Shown in pieces: positions 9,686 through 18,541 of a DNA stretch of 64,000 bases. Location of the stretch: NCBI GenBank assembly GCA_964291285.2, contig OZ219787.1, forward strand, positions 1,024,001-1,088,000. Direction: 5' to 3'. Position 1 is the stretch's first letter, and every line of letters starts with the position of its first letter. The notes beneath the pieces are model-generated. The model saw only the letters and a program-made list of their open reading frames with translations, had not been told where the DNA came from and ran no database searches. Made by a program: the position numbers and the translations under genes. The DNA comes from Alphaproteobacteria bacterium. Its GTDB lineage: Bacteria; Pseudomonadota; Alphaproteobacteria; Bin95.

Positions 9686-10884
9686 CGCCGTGGCTGACCG
9701 TGCTCGGCATCGGCGAGGAAGGCCTCGATCCGGCGGGCCGCGCCATCGTCGAGAGCGCGGAGTTCCTGGTCGGCGGCAAACGCCATCTGGCGCTCGCCGG
9801 ACCGGCGCCGGCGGCGCGCATGACCTGGCGGCGGCCGCTGTCGGAGACGCTGGACGCCATCCTCGCGCGGCGCCCGCAACCGACCGTCGTGCTCGCGACC
9901 GGAGACCCGATGTGGTTCGGCATCGGCACGTCGCTGGCGCGGCGGGTGCCGGCCGGGGAAATGCGCATCCTTCCGGCCCCCGGCGCCTTCTCGCTCGCGG
10001 CGGCGCGGCTCGCATGGCCGCTGGACGCCGTCTCGACGCTGTCGCTGCACGGCAGGCCCCTCGGCCTGCTCGCGCTGCATGTCGCGCCCGGCGCGAAACT
10101 GCTGGCGCTCTCCCATGACGGCCGCACGCCGGCCCGTGTTGCGGAATGGCTCGTCCGTCACGGATATGGTGCGAGCCGGATAACGGCGCTGGCGCATATG
10201 GGCGGGCCGCTGGAGACGAGCGCAGAAGAGCGCGCCGATGCCTGGACGGCGGAGGTTCCGGACCTCAACACGCTCGCCATCGAATGCGTCGCCGGAGACG
10301 GTGCGCGCATCTTCTCCCGCGCGCCGGGGCTCCCGGACGCGTTCTTCGAGCATGACGGCATGCTGACCAGGGCCCATGTCCGCGCGGCGACGCTCGCCCT
10401 GCTCGCGCCGACGGCGGGCGCGCATCTCTGGGATATCGGGGCGGGGTCGGGGGCAATCGGCATCGAGTGGATAAAGGCCGGGGGAACGGCGGACGCGGTG
10501 GAGTCCCTCGCCGCCCGGCGCGCGGCGATGGCGCGCAATGCGGAGGAGCTCGGCGCGCCGGGGCTGGAAATCCATGCCGGAGAGGCGCCGGCGGCGCTTG
10601 CCGGACTGGCGGAGCCCGACGCCGTGTTCGTGGGCGGCGGCCTCAGCGCGGACGGCGTCATCGAGGCTGCGTGGGAGGCGCTCAGGCCGGGTGGCCGCAT
10701 CGTGGCCAATGCGGTTACGCTGGAGGGCGGGGCGCGGCTGGTCCGGGCCCGGTCCGAACTGGGCGGCGACCTCTACCGCATTTCGGTCGAGACGGCCGCG
10801 CCGGTCGGACGCTTCAACGCCTTCCGGCCCGCCATGGCGGTGACGCAGTGGGCCGCGCGCAAGCCGTGGCAGGCGGGCCCGTGA
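9682..10884 (+). CDS. cobL: precorrin-6Y C5,15-methyltransferase (CbiE/CbiT fusion)
   Basis: ATGDPMWFGIG, LSLHGRP, LWDIGAGSG and DAVFVGGG motifs. Confidence 0.94.
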   Translation: MTPWLTVLGIGEEGLDPAGRAIVESAEFLVGGKRHLALAGPAPAARMTWRRPLSETLDAILARRPQPTVVLATGDPMWFGIGTSLARRVPAGEMRILPAPGAFSLAAARLAWPLDAVSTLSLHGRPLGLLALHVAPGAKLLALSHDGRTPARVAEWLVRHGYGASRITALAHMGGPLETSAEERADAWTAEVPDLNTLAIECVAGDGARIFSRAPGLPDAFFEHDGMLTRAHVRAATLALLAPTAGAHLWDIGAGSGAIGIEWIKAGGTADAVESLAARRAAMARNAEELGAPGLEIHAGEAPAALAGLAEPDAVFVGGGLSADGVIEAAWEALRPGGRIVANAVTLEGGARLVRARSELGGDLYRISVETAAPVGRFNAFRPAMAVTQWAARKPWQAGP

Positions 10885-11585
10885 GCGGCTGGGTCTGCGG
10901 CGTCGGCGTTGGCCCGGGCGACCCCGAACTCCTGACGCTGAAGGGCCTGCGCGTCATGCGGCAGGCCGATGTGCTCGCCTTCCCGGCCCCGCTCGAAGGG
11001 CCGAGCTTCGCGCGCTCGATCGTCGCGCCCTATCTCGACGACGCCCGGATCGAACTGGCGATCAGGATGCCGATGCAGGCAGCGCGTTTTCCCGTCCAGG
11101 CCGTTTACGACCGGGCCGTGCAGGACATTGCGGCGCACCTCGAGGCCGGACGCGGCGTCGTCGTGCTCTGCCAGGGCGACCCCTTCCTTTACGGCTCCTT
11201 CCTGTATCTGTTCGCCCGCTTGTCGGCGGACTGGCCGGTCGAGGTCGTGCCCGGCGTGTCGTCGCTGACAGCCTGCGCGGCGGCGGCCGGTTCGGCGCTT
11301 GCGGCGCGCAACGATGTTCTCTCTGTGTTGCCCGCCCCGCTCGGCGACGCGGAACTGGAAGCGCGCCTTTCGGCTTGCGACGCGGCGGCCCTTGTCAAGG
11401 TGGGGCGGCATTTTGAGCGCGTGAGGAGCCTTCTCGTGCGCCTCGGCCTGGGGGACCGCGCCCGGCTGGTCGTCCATGCCGGACTCCCGGACGAGCGGGT
11501 TCTGCCCCTCCACGAGGTCGATCCGGCGGATGTGCCCTATTTCTCGACCATCCTCCTGCACAAGCGGGGCAGGGCCTGGCTATGA
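10881..11585 (+). CDS. cobI: precorrin-2 C20-methyltransferase
   Basis: GTG start overlapping the cobL stop; GVGVGPGDPELLTLK, QGDPFLYGSF, VPYFS motifs. Confidence 0.93.
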   Translation: MSGWVCGVGVGPGDPELLTLKGLRVMRQADVLAFPAPLEGPSFARSIVAPYLDDARIELAIRMPMQAARFPVQAVYDRAVQDIAAHLEAGRGVVVLCQGDPFLYGSFLYLFARLSADWPVEVVPGVSSLTACAAAAGSALAARNDVLSVLPAPLGDAELEARLSACDAAALVKVGRHFERVRSLLVRLGLGDRARLVVHAGLPDERVLPLHEVDPADVPYFSTILLHKRGRAWL

Positions 11586-13222
11586 CGGTCGCAGTGGTGC
11601 TGACCGAGCGCGGCGCAAGCCTTGCGGGGCGGCTCGGCCTCGATGCCCTGCCGCTGGAAGAGATGGAAGGCCGGTTCGAGGCGGGCGAGCCTGTCGTCGC
11701 CGTGATGGCTGCCGGTATCGCCATCCGCCGGCTCGCGCCGCTTCTGGCCGACAAGCGCGAAGAGCCGCCGGTCGTCGCGGTCGCGGAAGACGGCAGCGCC
11801 GTGGTGCCGCTGCTCGGCGGCCATCGGGGCGCCAACCGCCTGGCCCGCCGGATCGCCCGGACGCTCGGCGTCAAGGCCGCCGTGACGACGGCAAGCGATG
11901 TCCTGTTCGGCGTGGCGCTGGACGATCCGCCTCCGGGCTGGACGCTCGCCAATCCGGAGATGGCGAAACAGGTCATGGCGTCCCTGGTCGCCGGAGAGCC
12001 GGTGCGCCTTGAAGTCGAGGCCGGCGATACCCGGTGGCTGGCGCCGCTGCCCTGGTCGGATGAGGGCAGGCTGGCGGTGCGCGTGTCCGATCGGTCGCTG
12101 GCTCCGAAGGAAGACGAACTGCTGCTGCATCCGCCCAGCCTGGTCCTGGGCGTCGGGCTGGAGCGCGGCGCGTCCGGCGACCTCCTGCTCGGCCATGTTG
12201 CCCGGACGCTGGAGGCCGAGGGACTGGCGCGGGCTTCACTGGCCGCTGTCGCGACACTTGACCTCAAGGGCGATGAGCCGGCCGTTGCAGCGCTCGAATT
12301 GCCGCTGCGCCTGTTCGATGCGGCGGTGCTGGGCCGGATCGAGGTGCCCAACCCGTCCCCGGCGGTCGCAGCCGCAGTCGGCACTGCAAGCGTTGCAGAA
12401 GCGGCCGCGCTCGCCGCCGCCGGCGAGGATGCCGTTCTGGCTGTGCAGAAGCGGATCGGCACGCGGGTCACCTGCGCCGTCGCGCGGGTCGCGCCGCCGA
12501 AAGGCCGGCTTACGGTAGCGGGCGTCGGCCCCGGCGCTCCTGCCATGCGGACCGCAGAGGTGGAGGCCGCTATCGCCGGCGCCGCCGACATTGTGGGCTA
12601 CGGGCCGTATCTCGACCTGGTCGCCGACCTTACCGGAACCAAACGATGCCACCCCTTGCCAATCGGCAAGGAGAAGGAGCGTACAGACCTCGCGCTGCGG
12701 CTCGCCCGCGAAGGAAAGGATGTCGTGCTCCTCGCTTCCGGAGACGCCGGCGTCTATGCGCTTGCAGGACTGGCGCTGGAGCGCAGCAGCGGCGCCGTCC
12801 CCGTGACGGTGCTGCCTGGCATCACGGCAATGCAGGCCGCGAGTGCGAAGGCCGGCGCGCCGCTGGGCCACGACTTCTCCGTTATCTCGCTGTCGGACCT
12901 GTTGACGCCGATTGAGGTCGTTCGCGCCCGTGTGGAAGCTGCTGCCGCTGCGGATTTCGTCATTGCCCTCTACAACCCGGCCTCGAAAGAACGCCGCCGG
13001 CCGCTCGACGAGGCGCTGGAGATCCTCGCACGACACCGGGACCCCGACACACCCGTCGTCAGGGCCCGCAATCTCGGCCGGGCGGACGAACTGGTGGCCA
13101 TCGAGACCCTGGTCGGCCTCGACCGGGAGGCCGTGGACATGACGACCGTGCTGATCGTGGGCAACAGCCGGACGACCATCGTCGGCGACCGAGTGGTGAC
13201 GCCGAGGGGCTATTCGTCGTGA
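11582..13222 (+). CDS. cobJ: CbiG-CobJ fusion (precorrin-3B C17-methyltransferase)
   Basis: N-terminal CbiG motifs (PLLGGHRGAN, TTASD, SVAEAAAL); C-terminal SGDAGVY, GAPLGHDF, ISLSDLLTP, TPRGY. Confidence 0.92.
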   Translation: MTVAVVLTERGASLAGRLGLDALPLEEMEGRFEAGEPVVAVMAAGIAIRRLAPLLADKREEPPVVAVAEDGSAVVPLLGGHRGANRLARRIARTLGVKAAVTTASDVLFGVALDDPPPGWTLANPEMAKQVMASLVAGEPVRLEVEAGDTRWLAPLPWSDEGRLAVRVSDRSLAPKEDELLLHPPSLVLGVGLERGASGDLLLGHVARTLEAEGLARASLAAVATLDLKGDEPAVAALELPLRLFDAAVLGRIEVPNPSPAVAAAVGTASVAEAAALAAAGEDAVLAVQKRIGTRVTCAVARVAPPKGRLTVAGVGPGAPAMRTAEVEAAIAGAADIVGYGPYLDLVADLTGTKRCHPLPIGKEKERTDLALRLAREGKDVVLLASGDAGVYALAGLALERSSGAVPVTVLPGITAMQAASAKAGAPLGHDFSVISLSDLLTPIEVVRARVEAAAAADFVIALYNPASKERRRPLDEALEILARHRDPDTPVVRARNLGRADELVAIETLVGLDREAVDMTTVLIVGNSRTTIVGDRVVTPRGYSS

Positions 13223-13980
13223 CCGTGCATTTCATCGGCGCGGGCCCCGGTGCGCCGGACCTGATTACGGTGCGCGGGCTGGAACTGATCCGCTCGGCGC
13301 CGGTCGTGCTCTATGCAGGCTCGCTGGTGCCGCAGGAGGTGATCGCCGAGGCGCCGGCCGATGCCAGGGTCCGCGACACGGCCGCGATGACCCTGGATGA
13401 AATCGAGGCGGAATTCGTCGCGGCCGAAGCCGGGGGCAACGACGTGGCGCGGGTGCATTCCGGCGACCCGTCGCTCTATGGCGCGACCGCCGAGCAGATG
13501 CGCCGCCTGGACCGGCTGGGGATCGACTACACGGTAACGCCGGGGGTGCCGGCCTTCGCTGCCGCCGCCGCCGCGCTCGGTATCGAACTCACCGTGCCGG
13601 GCATCTCCCAGACGGTCACGCTCACCCGGACCGCCGTGCGCGCGACGGGCATGCCGAGCGGGGAGGAACTGGCCGCGCAGGCGAGGAGCGGCGGCACCCT
13701 GGCGATCCACCTCTCGACGGCCAATCTCGCCAATGTCGTCCGCACGCTCAGTCCGGTGCTGGGGGAAGACTGTCCGGCCGCCGTCGTCTATCGGGCGAGT
13801 CAACCGGACCAGCTGATCGTCGCCGGAACGCTCGCGACGATCCGCGACCGGGTGAAAGCCGCCGGCCTTGCCCGCAGCGCGCTCATCCTTGTCGGTCGCG
13901 CGCTCGCGGCCGGAGGGTTCAGGGAGAGCCGCCTTTACGATCCCGCGCATCATCACGCATCGCGGCCGCGGCGGCGATAA
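13219..13980 (+). CDS. cobM: precorrin-4 C11-methyltransferase
   Basis: VHFIGAGPGAPDLITVRG, YAGSLV, RVHSGDPSLYGA and SRLYDP motifs. Confidence 0.95.
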   Translation: MTVHFIGAGPGAPDLITVRGLELIRSAPVVLYAGSLVPQEVIAEAPADARVRDTAAMTLDEIEAEFVAAEAGGNDVARVHSGDPSLYGATAEQMRRLDRLGIDYTVTPGVPAFAAAAAALGIELTVPGISQTVTLTRTAVRATGMPSGEELAAQARSGGTLAIHLSTANLANVVRTLSPVLGEDCPAAVVYRASQPDQLIVAGTLATIRDRVKAAGLARSALILVGRALAAGGFRESRLYDPAHHHASRPRRR

Positions 13981-14374
13981 TCCGCCGGGTCTCGGACCAG
14001 AGCCGGTAGTCGTCGAGCCCGTCCAGCGGGGTCCAGCGCGCCTCCGCCGCATCGTCACCCGCAACCGCCTCGCCGGAGACCCATTCGGCGGCGAAGTCGA
14101 TCAGCGTGTAGTGGGAAATCGCGGCGCCGGTCTCGTCGCGGCGGATGCCGTCCACGACATCGACGAGGCCGATCAGCGCGATCTCGACCCCGGTCTCCTC
14201 GCGGATTTCGCGGTGGGCGGCGTCGCGGACGGTTTCGCCCCGCTCCTGCTTGCCGCCGGGAATGCTCCACTGGTCCTTGCGCGGCGGCTCGCCCCGCCGG
14301 ACCAGCAGCACATCGTCCCCGCGCAGGACGACCACCCCGACTCCCACGACCGGCCTCTCCGCGCCAACCATCAC
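13919..14374 (-). CDS. NUDIX hydrolase
   Basis: WSIPGGKQERGETVRDAAHREIREETG Nudix box. Confidence 0.9.
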   Translation of the reverse strand: MMVGAERPVVGVGVVVLRGDDVLLVRRGEPPRKDQWSIPGGKQERGETVRDAAHREIREETGVEIALIGLVDVVDGIRRDETGAAISHYTLIDFAAEWVSGEAVAGDDAAEARWTPLDGLDDYRLWSETRRIIAAAAAMRDDARDRKGGSP

Positions 14375-14389
14375 CGCGCCTCTCTCAGG

Positions 14390-15112
14390 TCAGGCCATAT
14401 ACTGGCCGCCGTTCACCGAGACTGTCGAGCCGGTAACGAAACAGGCGTCGTCGGCGACCAGGAAGCGCACGACATGGCAGATCTCCTTCGGGTCCCCGAA
14501 CCGCCCGACCGGGATGTTGCCCTTGATGACCTCCTGCACGCGCTCCGGGATCGCGCGCACCATCTCGGTATCGACATAGCCCGGGCAGATGGCGTTCACG
14601 GTGATGCCCTTGGCCGCGTTTTCGAGCGCCAGCGCCTTTGTGAAGCCGAGAATGCCGGCCTTGGCGGCGGCATAGTTGGTCTGGCCGATCTGCCCCGTCT
14701 GGCCGTTGACCGACGAGACGTTGACGATCCGCCCGAAGCCCCGGTCGCGCATCTTGCCGATCACGGTGCGGCACATGTTGAAGCAGGAGGTGAGGTTGGT
14801 CTCGATCACCTCGTGCCAGGCTTCCTCGGGCATGCGGTGCAGGAAGACGTCATGGGTGATGCCGGCATTGTTGATGAGGATATCGACCGGCCCGTGGCTC
14901 TCTTCCAGCTTGTGGACCGCGCGCTCGCAGGCACCGTAGTCGGAAACGTCGAACTGCATGATGTCGATGCCTGTTTCCTCGTGGAAGCGCTGCGCGCGCT
15001 GGACATTGAGGTGGAACCCGGCGACCACGTCGTAGCCGTCCGCCAGCATGCCTCGCGATATTTCGGCGCCAATCCCTCTCGTGCCGCCGGTAATCAGGGC
15101 CACTCTCGGCAT
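14390..15112 (-). CDS. phaB: acetoacetyl-CoA reductase
   Basis: RVALITGGTRGIG, SSVNGQTGQIGQTNYAAAKAG, SVNGGQYM; AAGGAG RBS upstream. Confidence 0.92.
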   Translation of the reverse strand: MPRVALITGGTRGIGAEISRGMLADGYDVVAGFHLNVQRAQRFHEETGIDIMQFDVSDYGACERAVHKLEESHGPVDILINNAGITHDVFLHRMPEEAWHEVIETNLTSCFNMCRTVIGKMRDRGFGRIVNVSSVNGQTGQIGQTNYAAAKAGILGFTKALALENAAKGITVNAICPGYVDTEMVRAIPERVQEVIKGNIPVGRFGDPKEICHVVRFLVADDACFVTGSTVSVNGGQYMA

Positions 15113-15135
15113 TGTCTCGGCTCCTTGGTTTTTTT

Positions 15136-15177
15136 TGCAATGCACAAAAGGTGGCGGTGTTATGTTGCAATGCAATA
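15136..15177. promoter_or_regulatory. two putative PhaR operators upstream of phaB
   Basis: TGCAATGCACAA (15136-15147) and TGCAATGCAATA (15166-15177), both with a TGC-N3-GCA core. Confidence 0.6.
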
Positions 15178-15203
15178 TAAACATCGCCGGACGTGGCATC
15201 GTG

Positions 15204-16388
15204 TCACGGAAGGCCGTTCATCCAGGCGAGCAGGGGCCGCCAGACGCGCCGGGGTGCGGTCTTCGACGCCATGAGCCCGATATGCCCCAAACGCGGCCGG
15301 CGCACGGTGGCGCTGGGCAGGGCGCGCGCGAGCGCGAGTGCGGAGGCAGGGGGCACGATCCGGTCGCCCGCGGGGACAACGACCCATGCCGGCAGCGCCG
15401 CGGCTTCGGGCCGGACCGGTTCACCGTCGATGCGCCATTCGCCCCGTGCGGGCTCGTTGCGGCCGTACCAGCCGGCGAAACACTCGCGCGCGACCGGCGC
15501 CGCCAGAGGTACGCCGTCATTCACCCAGTCCTCGAGTTCCACAAAGGCCCGTTCCGCTTCGGAACCGGGCTCAAGCGCGCCGAAGGCCAGGAACTTCCTC
15601 GGCGTGAGCATCGGGTCGAGGGCGTAGAAGCAGGTCTGGAGTGCATCGACCGGCATTTCCCCGCTGCCGGCCAGCATGTCTGCGAAGGCGGTGCCGGCGA
15701 AGGCAAGCCGCCGCGCCTCCGGTCCGCCTCCGCCGTGGAAGTCCCAGGGCGCGGCGAGAAGCGCCAGGCCGGCGAACGGCACGGACGTCCGCAGTACCGT
15801 CGCAAGGGCCAGCAGCCCGCCCATGCAGTATCCGATGGCAACCGGCGGGCGCTCGGACAGGCGCGCCGCCTCACAGGCGAAGGGCTCCAGGACATTCCGG
15901 ATGTAGCCCGTGCAGTCGAAGCCTCGCTCGCGCTCCCCCGGGCTTCCCCAATCGACGAGCAGCACGCGCCAGCCGCGGGCCGCAAGCCACCTCGCGAAGC
16001 TGCGGCGTCCGGACAGGTCGCAGACATGGTAGCGGTTGACAAGCGAGGGCACGACCAGCGCCACCCGTTCGCCTTCGCCGTAGGAGATCAGCCGCGCTGC
16101 GCCGCTTCGCGCGACGACCGTTTCCATCCCGCATGCGCGCCGGAAAGGGTGGGCGCAATAACGGGCGACTGCCGCCTCGAAATCCGTGAGGCGCCGCAGT
16201 GCTGCCTGCCCGACCGCCTCGGGAGCAACGGCAAGTCCGGCGAAGTCGGTGGCGAGGTCGCGGTGCCAGAGGAACGCGCTAGCCGGTCCCGTCGCGGCCG
16301 CTGCTGCCGCGCCGCCCCAGACCGCCGCCGCCGTCGCCATGTGGAGCGCCAGCGGCCTCGGGCCCGTCCTTCCGCCCGGGAGGTTCAT
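15204..16388 (-). CDS. PhaC-like alpha/beta fold hydrolase (PHA synthase family)
   Basis: VPSLVNRY, GYCMGG lipase box, LEDWVNDGVPL, DRIVP and GHIG motifs; start uncertain. Confidence 0.85.
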   Translation of the reverse strand: MNLPGGRTGPRPLALHMATAAAVWGGAAAAAATGPASAFLWHRDLATDFAGLAVAPEAVGQAALRRLTDFEAAVARYCAHPFRRACGMETVVARSGAARLISYGEGERVALVVPSLVNRYHVCDLSGRRSFARWLAARGWRVLLVDWGSPGERERGFDCTGYIRNVLEPFACEAARLSERPPVAIGYCMGGLLALATVLRTSVPFAGLALLAAPWDFHGGGGPEARRLAFAGTAFADMLAGSGEMPVDALQTCFYALDPMLTPRKFLAFGALEPGSEAERAFVELEDWVNDGVPLAAPVARECFAGWYGRNEPARGEWRIDGEPVRPEAAALPAWVVVPAGDRIVPPASALALARALPSATVRRPRLGHIGLMASKTAPRRVWRPLLAWMNGLP

Positions 16389-16500
16389 CCGGCAGCGGCG
16401 GGAACGCCAGACTCGCGGTCTCCCGCCACCAGGCGAGAACGTTCCTTTCCCAGAGGTCCAGGAAATCGTCCGCCTGTTCCTTGTCCGGCTCTTGACTCAT
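16279..16500 (-). CDS. small hypothetical protein preceding the PhaC-like gene
   Basis: MSQEPDKEQADDFLDLWERNVLAWW resembles the short ORF often seen upstream of this hydrolase; overlaps its predicted start. Confidence 0.45.
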   Translation of the reverse strand: MSQEPDKEQADDFLDLWERNVLAWWRETASLAFPPLPDEPPGRKDGPEAAGAPHGDGGGGLGRRGSSGRDGTG

Positions 16501-16543
16501 TGGCACGGGATTTTACATTAGATTGAAGGGCTTGCGCCCGTCG

Positions 16544-16572
16544 TGATTGGATAGCGGATTTTGATTGGATAG
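16544..16572. repeat. 11-bp direct repeat TGATTGGATAG x2 in the NYN gene promoter region
   Basis: Exact copies at 16544-16554 and 16562-16572 in an AT-rich spacer. Confidence 0.8.
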
Positions 16573-16580
16573 AGGTTGTC

Positions 16581-17888
16581 ATGATGCCTTCCCGCCCGGG
16601 CCGGGTTCGGGCTGCCCTCTTCGTTGACTTCGACAATGTATTCCTCAGCCTGGAAGCCGTCGATGCGCGCGCTGCCAAGCGGTTCGCCGAGCAGCCGGGC
16701 CGCTGGATGCACTGGCTGGAGCGCGGATACCATACCACCGGCGGCGGCCGGGAAGGCCGCACGCGCCGCGCGCTTCTCATGCGCAACTGCTATCTCAATC
16801 CCGCCACCTTTTCCCGGTTCCGCGGTTTCTTCACCCGGAGCGCGTTTTCCGTCATCGACTGCCCGCCGCTTACCGGAGGCGGCAAGAGCGGCACCGATAT
16901 CTACATGGCGATCGACATCATCGACGCCCTCGACCATGCCACGTCCTTCGACGAGTTCATCATCCTGTCGGCCGATGCCGACTTCACGCCGGTCCTGCTG
17001 CGCCTGCGCGCCCACGACCGGCGCACGGCGATCCTCGCCAATGCCGTGGTCGCGCCGGCGCTGACGGCCGCCTGCAGCTACACCATCGAGCAGTCGGTGT
17101 TCATCGAGAGCGCGCTCGGGGACGCATCGGCGGGCGGTCCGGCCGTGCCGGGCCCGGCGGATGCCGCGCGCCCGTTCTCTCCCCGTCCCTTCACGCCCCG
17201 GCCGTCCCTGACGGGCGACTATTCGGTGCTCCCGGAGGTTGCCGCCGTTCTGCATGAGTCGATCGAGCAGGACGGGCCGATCCCCGCCGCCGAGCTGCCG
17301 CACTTCTTCTTCCGCTTCGCCAATTTCCGCAACAGCGACTGGTTCGGTTTCCGGTCCCTGCGCCGCCTCGCCGAGGCGCTGACGACGGTCGATCCGATGC
17401 TGGAATGCGGCGAGCCCGGCGAAGAATGGCAGATGGCGCTGCGCGAGGCGCCGCTGGAGGCCGCTCCGGCCGAGACGTTCGAGTTCGAGTCATCGGCCGA
17501 GACCGGGGAGGGCAGCGAAGGGCTGCCGGCCCTGATCGAGACGATCCACCACCTGGTCGGGATTCCGGCACTGGATCCCGACGGGTTCGACCTTCTGTTC
17601 GAGCATATGGCGAAGCTGTTCGACGAGGGCGTGACCGACCGGTCCGCCATGACGCGCCTGCTTCAGGAGCGGGCCGGCGAGGAAGGCATGTCGCTTCCGC
17701 GCGAAGCGGCGGAGTTCGTCACCACCGGGCTCTGGCAATCGGGCTTCGACGTCGCTTCGGACGCCTCCGACCCGGACGTGGTGGCGAAGGCGTTCCGGGA
17801 CTATATCGTCGTCAGGTGCGAACAGGCGCAGCGCCCGCTGAGCACGGAAGAGCTTGCGCTGGTCGATGAGTGGCTGGTGGGAGCCTAG
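16581..17888 (+). CDS. NYN domain-containing protein (LabA/DUF88 PIN-like nuclease) with C-terminal helical domains
   Basis: ALFVDFDNV, GKSGTDIYMAID and ILSADADFTP catalytic Asp motifs. Confidence 0.88.
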   Translation: MMPSRPGRVRAALFVDFDNVFLSLEAVDARAAKRFAEQPGRWMHWLERGYHTTGGGREGRTRRALLMRNCYLNPATFSRFRGFFTRSAFSVIDCPPLTGGGKSGTDIYMAIDIIDALDHATSFDEFIILSADADFTPVLLRLRAHDRRTAILANAVVAPALTAACSYTIEQSVFIESALGDASAGGPAVPGPADAARPFSPRPFTPRPSLTGDYSVLPEVAAVLHESIEQDGPIPAAELPHFFFRFANFRNSDWFGFRSLRRLAEALTTVDPMLECGEPGEEWQMALREAPLEAAPAETFEFESSAETGEGSEGLPALIETIHHLVGIPALDPDGFDLLFEHMAKLFDEGVTDRSAMTRLLQERAGEEGMSLPREAAEFVTTGLWQSGFDVASDASDPDVVAKAFRDYIVVRCEQAQRPLSTEELALVDEWLVGA

Positions 17889-17944
17889 CCCGCATTCCTG
17901 TGCTATGCTGCACCGCAACCCGGACCCGATGAGGCGGCGGCATC

Positions 17945-18523
17945 ATGGCTGCGACCGAGGAAGAGGCCCCGATCCGCATCCGGAAATATGCGAACCGGCG
18001 CCTCTACAACACTGCGACCAGCAGCTACGTCACCCTTGCGGACCTGGCCCAGCTGGTCCGTGACGGGGTCGAGTTCACGGTCGAGGACGCCAAGAGCGGC
18101 GAGGACCTGACGCGGGCGACGCTTACCCAGATCATCGTCGATGAGGAGCAGAGCGGCGCAAACCTGCTGCCGGTCTCGCTGTTGCGCCAGATCATCTCCA
18201 TGTACCGCGACAATGCCGGCTGGATGCTGCCGGCCTATCTCGAGCAGTCGATGGAGTGGTTCACCGCCAATCATGACGCCATGCGCCGCGAGGTCGAGCG
18301 CGCATACGGAGCAGGCACGGCATTCGGCTCCCTGGACGATCTGGGCAAGCGCAACCTTGCGCTGTTCGAGCAGGCCATGCGGCTCTGGAACCCCTTCGGG
18401 GCGGCGGCGCCGGAACCGAAGGAAGCGCCGCCCGATGCAAGCGGCGAACTGCAGGCCATGCGCAGCGAGATCGCCCGGATGCAGGAGCGGCTGGACGCGC
18501 TGGCAGGGAAGGGCGACGACTGA
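17945..18523 (+). CDS. phaR: polyhydroxyalkanoate synthesis repressor
   Basis: IRKYANRRLYNTATSSYVTL and DAKSGEDLTR motifs; TGCACCGCAA site at 17909-17918 upstream. Confidence 0.96.
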   Translation: MAATEEEAPIRIRKYANRRLYNTATSSYVTLADLAQLVRDGVEFTVEDAKSGEDLTRATLTQIIVDEEQSGANLLPVSLLRQIISMYRDNAGWMLPAYLEQSMEWFTANHDAMRREVERAYGAGTAFGSLDDLGKRNLALFEQAMRLWNPFGAAAPEPKEAPPDASGELQAMRSEIARMQERLDALAGKGDD

Positions 18524-18541
18524 CGGGGCCGGCCTCCAGGG

